A stretch of 35,340 bases of DNA from a virus. The position numbers and the translations under genes were made by a program. The notes beneath the pieces were generated by a model. It was given only the letters and a program-made list of their open reading frames with translations, was not told the origin of the DNA and ran no database searches. The stretch lies in IMG/VR virus record IMGVR_UViG_3300020728_000001; one strand, 5' to 3'. Positions 21,612 to 30,273 of this stretch are shown here, in pieces (position 1 is the stretch's first letter; every line of letters begins with the position of its first letter).

Positions 21612-23843
21612 TTAGAACCTCACTCTTAATTCATGTTCAAACTCAAATGTGTTGACAATATATCCAGCAGAATTACTGGTTATCGTTAACCCTAAATATT
21701 TACCGTACTGCTCTGCATCGCTCTTGTACAGGTAATATCCCGCCTGATTTACCCAAATTATCGTAGCAGACGCATTGTTTGTCCAACCTATAGCATTTCC
21801 AGCATTGTTAACCCACGCAATGGTGTTTGTAAGCACATAGACGGGGCTAGAACCCGTTTCTGAGTCCACGGTAACACTAAGAGTCCCACCTTGCGCTAAA
21901 GTCGCTTCTATAGCGAATTTGAGGGCTTGTTTAGTCCTGATGGAGTCACCCATCTCGTTCAATGCCGTCTGTATGTAACTGCTTACATTGCCTGTACTAT
22001 CGTTGTATAACTGTTTTAATACTTTATTGTTATCAGTGCCATACAGTTTAACCTTGCCACTAAATGGCACAGAGGTCACATACTGAATGTTGCCCTGGCT
22101 AGATATGTACCACTTCTTTTCAAAGAAAATAGCCTGAATGTAGCGTGATCCTGATGGCCCTAGAGGAAAGGAGCTGTTCACATAGAAGTTAAACACCGCA
22201 CAAAGAATGTTATTGAGCAGCGTCTGACCGCCAGTGACAGGTTTGGTGAAGTCAATATAGGGAAAAATACCGTCTAGAGGGTCACTGATCTTGGTGGTGG
22301 TTGAACCTACTAGGGCATACACCCCGTAGTCGTTCATAAAAAGGACTGACCTGAAGTAGGGGAAAATGGCGTATATTCTGGATGTACCTATAGACGCACT
22401 CACGTTGGTGTTGGTGAACACCGTAGCCCCTGTGGAGGTCACTTGCAAGTCAGAAAACACGTTAATGCTATCGTCCCCAAAGATGTACAAGAAGTTGTTG
22501 GCAGACAAGAGGCCCTGAATGTTGCCGTGCAAAGTGCTGTCTTGAATGTTGAACGCTACAGCAGATACAGAAGTGAAGTCTGTGGGGCTTGTAGACGCAC
22601 TGGCGTACACCGTGCGCCCCTGTGCCACCCAAACACGGTTAGAAAAGGTGGCTACGTCCACTATGGGGTTTAACTGGACAGTTGCAACAAGGTTTGCACC
22701 CGTACCAGACCCACCAGAAACAACAGCTGTAGGCGCAGACGTGTAGCCTGTCCCTGGGTTATTCATAATCACTTGCGTGACTGCATTTCCAGAAACAATG
22801 GCAGTAGCGTTGGCAGCAGAGCCACCACCACCCGTGATCGTGACTGCTAAATTGCCATATTGACCATAACCTGTGCCCCCGTTGGTGACCTGGATGGACA
22901 CCACACCTGTGGCAAACGTGACGAGCTGGGCAATAGCATTGGCATTAGACCCCCCACCACCTGAAATGGTGACACTGGGCTGAGACGTGTACCCGCTACC
23001 CCCGTTTGTCAGGCTTATGGAGTTCACAATACCCGTGGAAAGTGCTGCATTTGCAGTTGCGCTAGTTCCACCACCCCCAGTAATGCTCACAGCGGGAGAT
23101 GTAAGGTATCCAGAGCCAGGCGAAATCACAGAAATAGCCACCACTGCCCCGCCAGAGATAGTGGCTGCAGCCGTAGCTGTGCTGCCACCCTGAACGTCAG
23201 GTGTTGCTATTGTTATGGTAGGAACAGACGTAAATCCTGAACCACCAGCAGTGACCTGAATGCTCTGCACCCCACCAGAACCAGTAGTTATTGAGGCCAC
23301 CGCAGTAGCCCGTACACCATTGGCGTTGTTAGGGGAGGAAATAACCACGTTGGGGGCAGAAGTGTAGTTAATGCCTGGGTTTGTGATTGCAATACTGCCC
23401 ACAGATCCCACAGGAATGAGACTAACCCCGTTCCAGTCAAATAGTCCCTTGTTGGGGTCACCCACAAACAAGTCAGTATTCTGGTATTGCGTAGAGGAAA
23501 CATTGGCGTTTGACAATGTGCCTGTACTGGCAATAGTGACAAAGTTATTGGACGTTAAATCGTATGCTTGTAATGCCCCGTTATCTTCAGCCGCAACAAT
23601 GTAGTCATCATTGATATTTGCAGAGGTGAGGTAGGTCACATTATTGGTGAACACCACCGCATTTGCACCGTTGGTGACGTTGCTACTGGTGGGAATAATC
23701 CGCATATTGCCAGAACCCACGGGCATGGCGTTCTCTAACCAGGAGAATTCATCCTTGTCGATGGCAGTTCTGTTGGCCTTGGTGTTAAGACCCTTGAAAG
23801 CCTTGATTACCTGGTAGGACTTCTTCTGTTCTGCGGAGGCCAT
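21612..23843 (-). CDS. Large tail (nozzle / tail tubular B-like) protein carrying six tandem ~40-aa G-x-G-Y-T-S repeats
   Basis: 743 aa, the largest structural ORF, adjacent to the fibre genes. N-terminal KAFKGLNTKAN...NM..G resembles nozzle-protein N-termini. The repeats were read by eye. Confidence 0.5.
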   Translation of the reverse strand: MASAEQKKSYQVIKAFKGLNTKANRTAIDKDEFSWLENAMPVGSGNMRIIPTSSNVTNGANAVVFTNNVTYLTSANINDDYIVAAEDNGALQAYDLTSNNFVTIASTGTLSNANVSSTQYQNTDLFVGDPNKGLFDWNGVSLIPVGSVGSIAITNPGINYTSAPNVVISSPNNANGVRATAVASITTGSGGVQSIQVTAGGSGFTSVPTITIATPDVQGGSTATAAATISGGAVVAISVISPGSGYLTSPAVSITGGGGTSATANAALSTGIVNSISLTNGGSGYTSQPSVTISGGGGSNANAIAQLVTFATGVVSIQVTNGGTGYGQYGNLAVTITGGGGSAANATAIVSGNAVTQVIMNNPGTGYTSAPTAVVSGGSGTGANLVATVQLNPIVDVATFSNRVWVAQGRTVYASASTSPTDFTSVSAVAFNIQDSTLHGNIQGLLSANNFLYIFGDDSINVFSDLQVTSTGATVFTNTNVSASIGTSRIYAIFPYFRSVLFMNDYGVYALVGSTTTKISDPLDGIFPYIDFTKPVTGGQTLLNNILCAVFNFYVNSSFPLGPSGSRYIQAIFFEKKWYISSQGNIQYVTSVPFSGKVKLYGTDNNKVLKQLYNDSTGNVSSYIQTALNEMGDSIRTKQALKFAIEATLAQGGTLSVTVDSETGSSPVYVLTNTIAWVNNAGNAIGWTNNASATIIWVNQAGYYLYKSDAEQYGKYLGLTITSNSAGYIVNTFEFEHELRVRF

Positions 23844-23845
23844 GA

Positions 23846-24706
23846 TTACCCTCCACTACTGTATGGATCTGGAATCCTTCTAGTGAACGTGCTGTTGAGT
23901 ATGTTCAAGACGTGCTTGTTGTACTCTTGCTTGAAAATCTCAGCCTCACCGTAGGATTGTTCGTAAAACTTGGCTTTGTAGGCAGCGTAATACTGCACAG
24001 ACGTATTCCAAGGGTCAATGATGCTGTCAGTGACGTTAGGACTATTGAGAGACAGAGCTGTGGGCAATATGTTGGTATCTACTTCAATGAAGTAAGACTG
24101 ATCGGGAATGGGGGCAATGTAGATTGCTTGTTGTCCATACATACTGAAACAGATGGGTCTACCCACATAATTCTGCCAGTAACGCAATTGGGCGGTAAAG
24201 TTGGACCAAGGCAGATAACGCAGAGGAATCCTACTATTGCCCCAGTAAAGGTTAATGTTGACAACATCATAGACGTTGATACCCTGAGGTAGAGCATTAA
24301 AAGGGATGATTTCACAATTGCTCACATACTGCAGCTGGGCAGTGCCGTCTGCAAAAGGGGTGGACGGGGGAAAAGGACTAGACCCAGATGGATAGGCTGG
24401 AGCAGAACTGCCAGATGTCCCACTCTGGGTGTAGACGTAGTTAAAGATGTTGGAAAAGACGTACTGACCAGCCGTGACTGCGGTGTTGCCAGCCCATGCT
24501 GTGGGTGACACACCCGTCAGGGCGGTAGAGTTATAAGCCAGTGGAGCTGTTGTCGTTTGTAGGTTTCGTAGGCAACCCGTATCTCTGACCGTGCGCTCTC
24601 TCGCCTCGTTAATATAGGTTGTTAACTGGTTTTGCGTCCAGAAAACATTGTTAACGTCATGGAGCAAATTTTCAACTTGGCTGAGATAGTCGTTAAGCGT
24701 TGCCAT
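23846..24706 (-). CDS. Tail adaptor / tail tubular A-like protein (putative)
   Basis: 286 aa, placed between the head genes and the large tail protein. No specific motif recognised. Confidence 0.35.
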   Translation of the reverse strand: MATLNDYLSQVENLLHDVNNVFWTQNQLTTYINEARERTVRDTGCLRNLQTTTAPLAYNSTALTGVSPTAWAGNTAVTAGQYVFSNIFNYVYTQSGTSGSSAPAYPSGSSPFPPSTPFADGTAQLQYVSNCEIIPFNALPQGINVYDVVNINLYWGNSRIPLRYLPWSNFTAQLRYWQNYVGRPICFSMYGQQAIYIAPIPDQSYFIEVDTNILPTALSLNSPNVTDSIIDPWNTSVQYYAAYKAKFYEQSYGEAEIFKQEYNKHVLNILNSTFTRRIPDPYSSGG

Positions 24707-24718
24707 TTGCTGTCCATG

Positions 24719-25039
24719 TTATGCTACCCGCTGTGTTTTTTCCCCTGCGCCCTTTTCAAGACGCAAGGGTACTCGAACAACAGCCGAGGGTAACGAGCTG
24801 TTTTTCCCTGGTCTTTCAGTTGTTATTTCAAACTGATCTAACTTTTTCAAACCTTCTGCTAGTTCACTGTGAAGTTGAATCCAACCCCAGCGAACTAGGA
24901 TATGCTCTCGATCTGCGAGGCCATACCCAAACAACTGCACAGCCACCTCTTGGGGTAGCTCTACAGGATTATTCTTTTTAAACTCGTAAGGACCAACAGC
25001 AAGCTGTGTGTCCCCACGGTTAGTCACAAACACGTTCAT
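24719..25039 (-). CDS. Hypothetical head-tail region protein
   Basis: 106-aa ORF in the operon context. Confidence 0.5.
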   Translation of the reverse strand: MNVFVTNRGDTQLAVGPYEFKKNNPVELPQEVAVQLFGYGLADREHILVRWGWIQLHSELAEGLKKLDQFEITTERPGKNSSLPSAVVRVPLRLEKGAGEKTQRVA

Positions 25040-25500
25040 TAGAACTGCACAACGTCACCGTAAACTTGGAAGTTTACAGTATTTGAATTGCCAGAAACTG
25101 TGGTCACATTCACATAAAGTGCCTGTGTCAAGTTACCAGTTATTGATGTTGTTGTGGAGTAAGGTGTTGCTATCGTCAAGTCTTGGTATCTACCCGCTGC
25201 CGTAATGTTACTCAAAGCCACGTTAGCAACTATCGCATTAGATGCGTTGCCGTCATTGCTTGTCGTAATAGTCACATAGGCAGACGAAACAGACCCTGTA
25301 GGATTGTTTACAGTAATTCTGCGAGGAATCACTGCACCAGATCCTAATGCAGCTCCTGAACTTGTCAGTCCACCATTCACTAAAGGAATAGTGCCAACTG
25401 CGTTGCCCAGGGCTGCCATAGACACAACTGTAGCTTGACCAATACGCCCATTCCCAAACGAGTCCAAATATAGCTGACTGACTGAATCGGGATTAGCCAT
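25039..25500 (-). CDS. S/T/N/A/V-rich beta-type protein downstream of the capsid gene (possible decoration or head fibre)
   Basis: 153 aa. The call rests on position and composition only. Confidence 0.45.
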   Translation of the reverse strand: MANPDSVSQLYLDSFGNGRIGQATVVSMAALGNAVGTIPLVNGGLTSSGAALGSGAVIPRRITVNNPTGSVSSAYVTITTSNDGNASNAIVANVALSNITAAGRYQDLTIATPYSTTTSITGNLTQALYVNVTTVSGNSNTVNFQVYGDVVQF

Positions 25501-25510
25501 TGTTCACTCC

Positions 25511-25855
25511 TTAGACGTTATTAAATGTGCCAGACACGTTCTGACCACCGTCAACAGTCAACAAAGTAACTGTAGCATTGGTAACAGAAGAGTTGGCAAA
25601 CACGTTAACACCGTCAGAGAAGATCATGCCACCAGTGTTGTTCGCTAGAACAATAGAGGTTGCTGTTGCGTTACCAGCTGTGTTCACGGCTGAAGTGGCC
25701 TGAATGGTCACGTTAGCAGTGGGAAACACAATGTAAACACCAGCGGGAATGACGTTACCAACTGTGGTAGCGGGAGTAGTGGTAATCTGAAAATACGCAC
25801 CAGGCGTATTAGCGACTGCACTTGCAAGGATAATTTTATTAAGAGCTAATGCCAT
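25511..25855 (-). CDS. S/T/N/A/V-rich beta-type protein downstream of the capsid gene (possible decoration)
   Basis: 114 aa with six N-x-S/T tripeptides by hand count. Confidence 0.45.
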   Translation of the reverse strand: MALALNKIILASAVANTPGAYFQITTTPATTVGNVIPAGVYIVFPTANVTIQATSAVNTAGNATATSIVLANNTGGMIFSDGVNVFANSSVTNATVTLLTVDGGQNVSGTFNNV

Positions 25856-25867
25856 TTTATATTCTCC

Positions 25868-26890
25868 TTATAGCGACAAGTAGTTGTAGCCAGTGATCTT
25901 AGACATTGACTTGGGCTTCACAGACACCAACTCAGCAATCATAAGAACAGCACCTACATAACCAATCTGCCAATTTGGTAGAGTTGATTCAAATCCTGTG
26001 AACACAAATGAACCTTGCTCGTGGATGTACAAGCTCAAGTAGTTGGTGTTGAGGAAATAAACCGTACCTTCTGGACAGTAAGGGTCTGGATAAATTGGCA
26101 CACCAGCAACCATCAGTGCTCTGAATGCTGCTTGAGGGCCGTTGTTGTCACCGTCAAAGCCAGAGCCTGGGGTAATAACATATTGCTCTTGACCAACAAA
26201 GTCTTGAGCCAACAAAGTCCATGTACCAAATCCGCAGACACCGAAAGAAGGCATTTCTGCGCCCTTTTTCACTGTACCAGAGATGTACTGGAGAATGTTT
26301 TGTCTTGTGGGATTCACGTTACCAGCAGCGTAAACCTTAGACTGCCACCAAGTATAGGTAGAGCGGTTAATGTTGCCGTAAGTGGTTTGGTATGTAGCTC
26401 CACCTGTACCGTCATCCACAGCAGCGGGCAAGCCGATGAACTGTTGATTGTTGGTGGTGTTGTTGTACAAGGCCGTTGCCATTGCGTCCATCATGACGTT
26501 TGTTGCGTCATTCATACGGGCTTCAATCAGCGGAATAATTGCAGCATCTTGTTGAGCCACGCCTTCCATACCGAGGAACGGCACGGGGGAGATCATCAAC
26601 TTGAGGTCAAATTCAGCGTTGTAAGCACCTTGTTGGACTGACGGCTGGGCAAAAGAGCCAGAGTAGTCAGACCACTGAGCGTTCACAAACTGTGCGCCCT
26701 GGACGGGAACAGTTACTGAAGAAACACCACCAGAGGCTTGTTGACTGTTAGCAATCAACGCAGCCATTAGTGGCGTAGAGTTATACAGTTGGACAACCAG
26801 TTTAGGAATAAACGCACGTCTTGTGACGTAGGTTAATTCTGTAAACTGACTTGACCCTGTTTGAGGCAGAATACCGCCACCAATAGCCAT
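25868..26890 (-). CDS. Major capsid protein
   Basis: Track ORF 25868..26914 trimmed to ATG 26890 (AAGGAG SD 6 nt upstream). 340 aa, directly after the scaffold-like gene and downstream of the portal. Confidence 0.7.
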   Translation of the reverse strand: MAIGGGILPQTGSSQFTELTYVTRRAFIPKLVVQLYNSTPLMAALIANSQQASGGVSSVTVPVQGAQFVNAQWSDYSGSFAQPSVQQGAYNAEFDLKLMISPVPFLGMEGVAQQDAAIIPLIEARMNDATNVMMDAMATALYNNTTNNQQFIGLPAAVDDGTGGATYQTTYGNINRSTYTWWQSKVYAAGNVNPTRQNILQYISGTVKKGAEMPSFGVCGFGTWTLLAQDFVGQEQYVITPGSGFDGDNNGPQAAFRALMVAGVPIYPDPYCPEGTVYFLNTNYLSLYIHEQGSFVFTGFESTLPNWQIGYVGAVLMIAELVSVKPKSMSKITGYNYLSL

Positions 26891-26941
26891 AGTTAGCTCC
26901 TTAAAGACGGGCATCTCTGCCCAAACAAATTACACCCTCTT

Positions 26942-27469
26942 TTACAAACCGATAGGACGTGTGGGTTTCCGCAAATCTGCGAAAGCACGCACGGCCTCTT
27001 GCTGCGCTGCGCCCCGTGGGTCTTTCCAATACTTACCAAGATCAAATTGGCGAATAGCACTGGGGTTGTACCCTGTAGGCGTAGGCTTTGCAGCTTGTTT
27101 CATCCAGTTGTAGTGCTCTGCAGCCGTTTCATGGTCTGCAATGCGTTTCTCCAACATCAATTTTTCTACTTGAGGCATCTCATCCTCACTCACCAACCCT
27201 TTTTTCACGACATTACGTCTGATGTTTTCAAGGTTTTCTACTGCCTCACGCTGTGAAAACTTGGCCTTTAAAGCCTCATTTTCTGCACGCATTTGAGAGA
27301 TAGCTGAATTGGTGTTGTCCTCAATGTCAAGTTCAGGCACATTCAATCCAGGACGAATCTTCTTCGTCAAACGCAAAATATCCTTGCGTGTTTCTGGCGT
27401 GTCTGCGAGCTGCTGCATTAAGCCAGCAAGCTCGTCTCTTTGTTCAAGTGACAGGTTTTCTAAAGACAT
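26942..27469 (-). CDS. Scaffolding protein (putative)
   Basis: 175 aa, charged and helical (E/K/L/A-rich), immediately upstream of the capsid gene. Confidence 0.5.
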   Translation of the reverse strand: MSLENLSLEQRDELAGLMQQLADTPETRKDILRLTKKIRPGLNVPELDIEDNTNSAISQMRAENEALKAKFSQREAVENLENIRRNVVKKGLVSEDEMPQVEKLMLEKRIADHETAAEHYNWMKQAAKPTPTGYNPSAIRQFDLGKYWKDPRGAAQQEAVRAFADLRKPTRPIGL

Positions 27470-27490
27470 TTTGTTACCCTCTTACCGTTG

Positions 27491-27673
27491 TTAGATGACT
27501 TTTTTGCCGTCAGCTGGCTTTTCAACTCTCATACCGTTTGTAGCTGCTTTTGTAGCACCTGACAAACCACCGAATTGAGAATAACGGGGCGTGTTAATCA
27601 CTACACCGTTCTTTTGATTGTTGTCTGTGGGTCTACGGGGAGACGCTGCGCCTCTGGGTTTAAACAAATCCAT
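27491..27673 (-). CDS. Small basic hypothetical protein
   Basis: 60-aa ORF in the operon context. Confidence 0.4.
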   Translation of the reverse strand: MDLFKPRGAASPRRPTDNNQKNGVVINTPRYSQFGGLSGATKAATNGMRVEKPADGKKVI

Positions 27674-27685
27674 GATTAACTCCTA

Positions 27686-28219
27686 TTACATTGGGGGGGG
27701 CATACCACCGCCAGGAGGTGGGGGCATACCTGGTGGCATACCACCACCTGGGGGAGGTGGAGGGGGTGGAGGCATTCCACCACCAGGTGGTGTCATACCA
27801 GGAAGGGGTGCAGCCGCTAGTGACTTACTCTCGGGAGTAGCGCCACCAGCTTGGGGGAGAGACTGTAGCATCTGAATAATCTCAGACTGCTGCAACTCGT
27901 TTGTTTTGTTTTTGCGTGGACCTAGCACCTTGTTCAGCGTAGAGATGGCTGCCAAAATGGACTTGCCTTCTTCTGAGTCTGAACCGATAGAGGCCAAGGA
28001 CTGCTCTAGCAAGTCTTGCGCCATTCCAAGGTTGATCATGGCAGCTTGTTTGCTACCCATCTTAGGTTCTGGGGTAGACATGGGAGAACCCATAGGAGGA
28101 GTTTCTGCATCTGGTGGGGCTGAACCCATACCAGCAGATGTAGGCAGTACAGGCGGGAGCGCACCAGCGGACTTAGGTCCACCCATTAACTCCATCAATT
28201 TGTCTTGCGGAACACTCAT
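27686..28219 (-). CDS. Hypothetical protein with an extreme Pro/Gly/Met C-terminal tail
   Basis: 177 aa. AAGGAG SD upstream of ATG 28219. The tail reads PLPGMTPPGGGMPPPPPPPPGGGMPPGMPPPPGGGMPPPM. Confidence 0.55.
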   Translation of the reverse strand: MSVPQDKLMELMGGPKSAGALPPVLPTSAGMGSAPPDAETPPMGSPMSTPEPKMGSKQAAMINLGMAQDLLEQSLASIGSDSEEGKSILAAISTLNKVLGPRKNKTNELQQSEIIQMLQSLPQAGGATPESKSLAAAPLPGMTPPGGGMPPPPPPPPGGGMPPGMPPPPGGGMPPPM

Positions 28220-28237
28220 CTATTTCTCCTTGCCCTA

Positions 28238-28267
28238 GTTTGTAACCACTTACAAACTTTCTGTCAA
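28238..28267 (-). promoter_or_regulatory. Internal sigma70-like promoter (TTGACA-17-TACAAA) overlapped by a perfect 8-4-8 palindrome
   Basis: Minus strand: -35 TTGACA (28267..28262), 17-nt spacer, -10 TACAAA (28244..28239). The palindrome GTTTGTAA-ccac-TTACAAAC occupies 28238..28257. Confidence 0.5.
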
Positions 28268-28272
28268 GTGGT

Positions 28273-28297
28273 GGGGGGTGATTAGCGACAACCCCCC
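28273..28297. other. GC hairpin GGGGGGT-N11-ACCCCCC with no U-tract
   Basis: 7-bp stem read at 28273..28279 and 28291..28297, just upstream (in the minus sense) of the internal promoter. Confidence 0.5.
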
Positions 28298-28314
28298 AAA
28301 GTCGTTAAGTGCAA

Positions 28315-28350
28315 TTACTTGCGCTTATGTTTGCGTGCTTTGCGTGCCAT
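28315..28350 (-). CDS. Mini-ORF, 11 aa, MARKARKHKRK
   Basis: AAGGAG SD 7 nt upstream of ATG 28350. Hand translated. Confidence 0.3.
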   Translation of the reverse strand: MARKARKHKRK

Positions 28351-28423
28351 GATGCAACTCCTTGAGCAGCGGCCACCTATTTAAAAGGGAAGGCAGCCAT
28401 ACCCTTCTTCTTTGCAGGAAGTC

Positions 28424-28465
28424 TTACCGTCTGGTCTTGCGACCACGTTTGTGTGCTTTGTACAT
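28424..28465 (-). CDS. Mini-ORF, 13 aa, MYKAHKRGRKTRR
   Basis: GGAG 6 nt upstream of ATG 28465. Hand translated. Confidence 0.3.
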   Translation of the reverse strand: MYKAHKRGRKTRR

Positions 28466-28477
28466 AAACATCTCCAG

Positions 28478-28648
28478 TTAAGTTCTGGCGTAAGAGCGTT
28501 GTGTCCTACCACCAGACGAGTTTTTAACACCAGTTTGGCGGTATGTCAAACCAGGCCCTGACGATTCCCGTTTCAGAGTATCAGAACTTACTCTGGGCTG
28601 ATCTGCACGGGGTTGAGTTTGTGGACCACCCACATTCTTAGTTGCCAT
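28478..28648 (-). CDS. Small basic low-complexity protein, 56 aa, not in the ORF track
   Basis: ATG 28648 lies 2 nt after the portal stop, with AAGGTGGG upstream. Sequence: MATKNVGGPQTQPRADQPRVSSDTLKRESSGPGLTYRQTGVKNSSGGRTQRSYART. Confidence 0.45.
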   Translation of the reverse strand: MATKNVGGPQTQPRADQPRVSSDTLKRESSGPGLTYRQTGVKNSSGGRTQRSYART

Positions 28649-28650
28649 GA

Positions 28651-30273
28651 TTAACCCACCTTTTTCAGTTCTGGTTTCTCTTTATGAGATGGAGGAGCTG
28701 GGGGTTGCCCAGCTTGTTTTTCCTCCATACGCTTTAGACGTGACTTTAATTCTTCTTTCATGGGTGGTTCAATCAAGTCCAACAAGGACTCTTTGTCAAT
28801 CACTCCAGCCTTGAAGAGATTAAAGGCCATCTGTCTGTTGTCTTCCATGAAGATGGGGGAGTTGCTGTGAGCGTCCACTTTCACAGTAAAGTTACTGGTG
28901 AATTGCTCTGCAATAAACGTGTGGCCTTGCGTGTCTTTAAACCTTGTATCGTCATAAAGCTGCATACATTTGAGGTATAGAGTTGCCAATTTCTCTAGAC
29001 TGTCCTCGATAACGAGCGCACGCTTCTTTGTTCTTGATGAACCTAGACGAGCCAGTTGACTTGCATGACCTGCTGATCTCACCCCCGCTTCACCCTTGCC
29101 TGAGAGGACGTTGCCAATACCGCTGGCCTCCTCAAACATAGCATCCACTTCTTTAATTTCTGTAAATAGATCAGGTGGCATATTTGGGGCCATCTTCTCT
29201 ACTTTTGCGTTTGGCATATCTGTAGAGAGTAAACCACCCGCACGGTTGAGTGCAAAATTCTTCTCGTCCAAAATGCCCGTAAATCCAATAAGTGCCGTGG
29301 GTGGGCTAACTTGTTTGGATAGCAAGTCTAGAATCTCGCTCATGCGTTTGTTTCGCAGCTGCTGCAAGAAGACCAGGCGTTGAACTTCTGATCCACCCCA
29401 GTAGTAATCGTAGAGCGGGTTAGGGCACAACTGCACAAATGGCAGTTCACCCTTCATAAAGAGGGACTCACCTGGGCGGTCATAGATGATCACGTCAGGG
29501 TCTGCCTTTGTGACTACACGGTAGTCTGCTAGTTCATCATCCCAGACCCACAGCTCAGTCATCTCAACTGTATCTTCTGAAACCTCGGCTTTGTATCTGT
29601 TGCCCCCTGCCAAGTCTAGGTTCACATTACCGTACATGGTAGGGTTAGACTGGGAGAGAATGATCCTCTCTAGGCCGCTTGCAACTTCTGTTCTTTCGTG
29701 TGGCATAGATCCAACACGGTTAACAATTTCTTCTCGTCTTGGGTGCGAGTACAGGCGTGCGTACAACTCAGACTTGGTGATGTAGTATTTTTGAATGATC
29801 GCTTCTTGGCGGTCTGTATAGGTAATGTCTTCACGCAACACGCCTACGGTGCCTGGTTCAACCATGTACGGGTGAATCCCGTTGTTCATGATTAACTTAA
29901 CGTAAGAAGTACCGTAGACCAGTGACCAGGTGGTAGCGGTAGAAAACACCTGATCGGCATTGGAATTTAGCCACTCGTCATTGAGTGCCTTGGTAAGAAC
30001 AGGCACTTTCTGGTGTTCGTTCTCAGGTATGGATGCACCCAAGTTAATGCTAAATCTGGTGGTTTCTGCTGAGTAGAGAAACGAGGTGAGCTGGTCTAGA
30101 TGGGGAAAGATCTTATTGTAGAGGGCTGGGGCTTCATCAAGCCCGCTGCCAAACAAGTACCAGTTTCTCAAAGATGCGTAGTCAGTTTTGCGAGAGCCTA
30201 AAGAGACTTCACATTTGTAGATGATGTCTTTAAAAAACTCATCTCGATCTAGCGCATTCTTTGGAATCTTCAT
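28651..30273 (-). CDS. Portal protein
   Basis: 540 aa. The size and the position between terminase and scaffold/capsid are typical of podovirus head-tail connector genes. Confidence 0.7.
   Translation of the reverse strand: MKIPKNALDRDEFFKDIIYKCEVSLGSRKTDYASLRNWYLFGSGLDEAPALYNKIFPHLDQLTSFLYSAETTRFSINLGASIPENEHQKVPVLTKALNDEWLNSNADQVFSTATTWSLVYGTSYVKLIMNNGIHPYMVEPGTVGVLREDITYTDRQEAIIQKYYITKSELYARLYSHPRREEIVNRVGSMPHERTEVASGLERIILSQSNPTMYGNVNLDLAGGNRYKAEVSEDTVEMTELWVWDDELADYRVVTKADPDVIIYDRPGESLFMKGELPFVQLCPNPLYDYYWGGSEVQRLVFLQQLRNKRMSEILDLLSKQVSPPTALIGFTGILDEKNFALNRAGGLLSTDMPNAKVEKMAPNMPPDLFTEIKEVDAMFEEASGIGNVLSGKGEAGVRSAGHASQLARLGSSRTKKRALVIEDSLEKLATLYLKCMQLYDDTRFKDTQGHTFIAEQFTSNFTVKVDAHSNSPIFMEDNRQMAFNLFKAGVIDKESLLDLIEPPMKEELKSRLKRMEEKQAGQPPAPPSHKEKPELKKVG

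Noticed and set aside
18915-23843. A diversity-generating retroelement targeting the repetitive fibre and nozzle genes.
   Set aside because: The genome has no reverse transcriptase ORF and no template-repeat/variable-repeat pair with adenine-specific differences.
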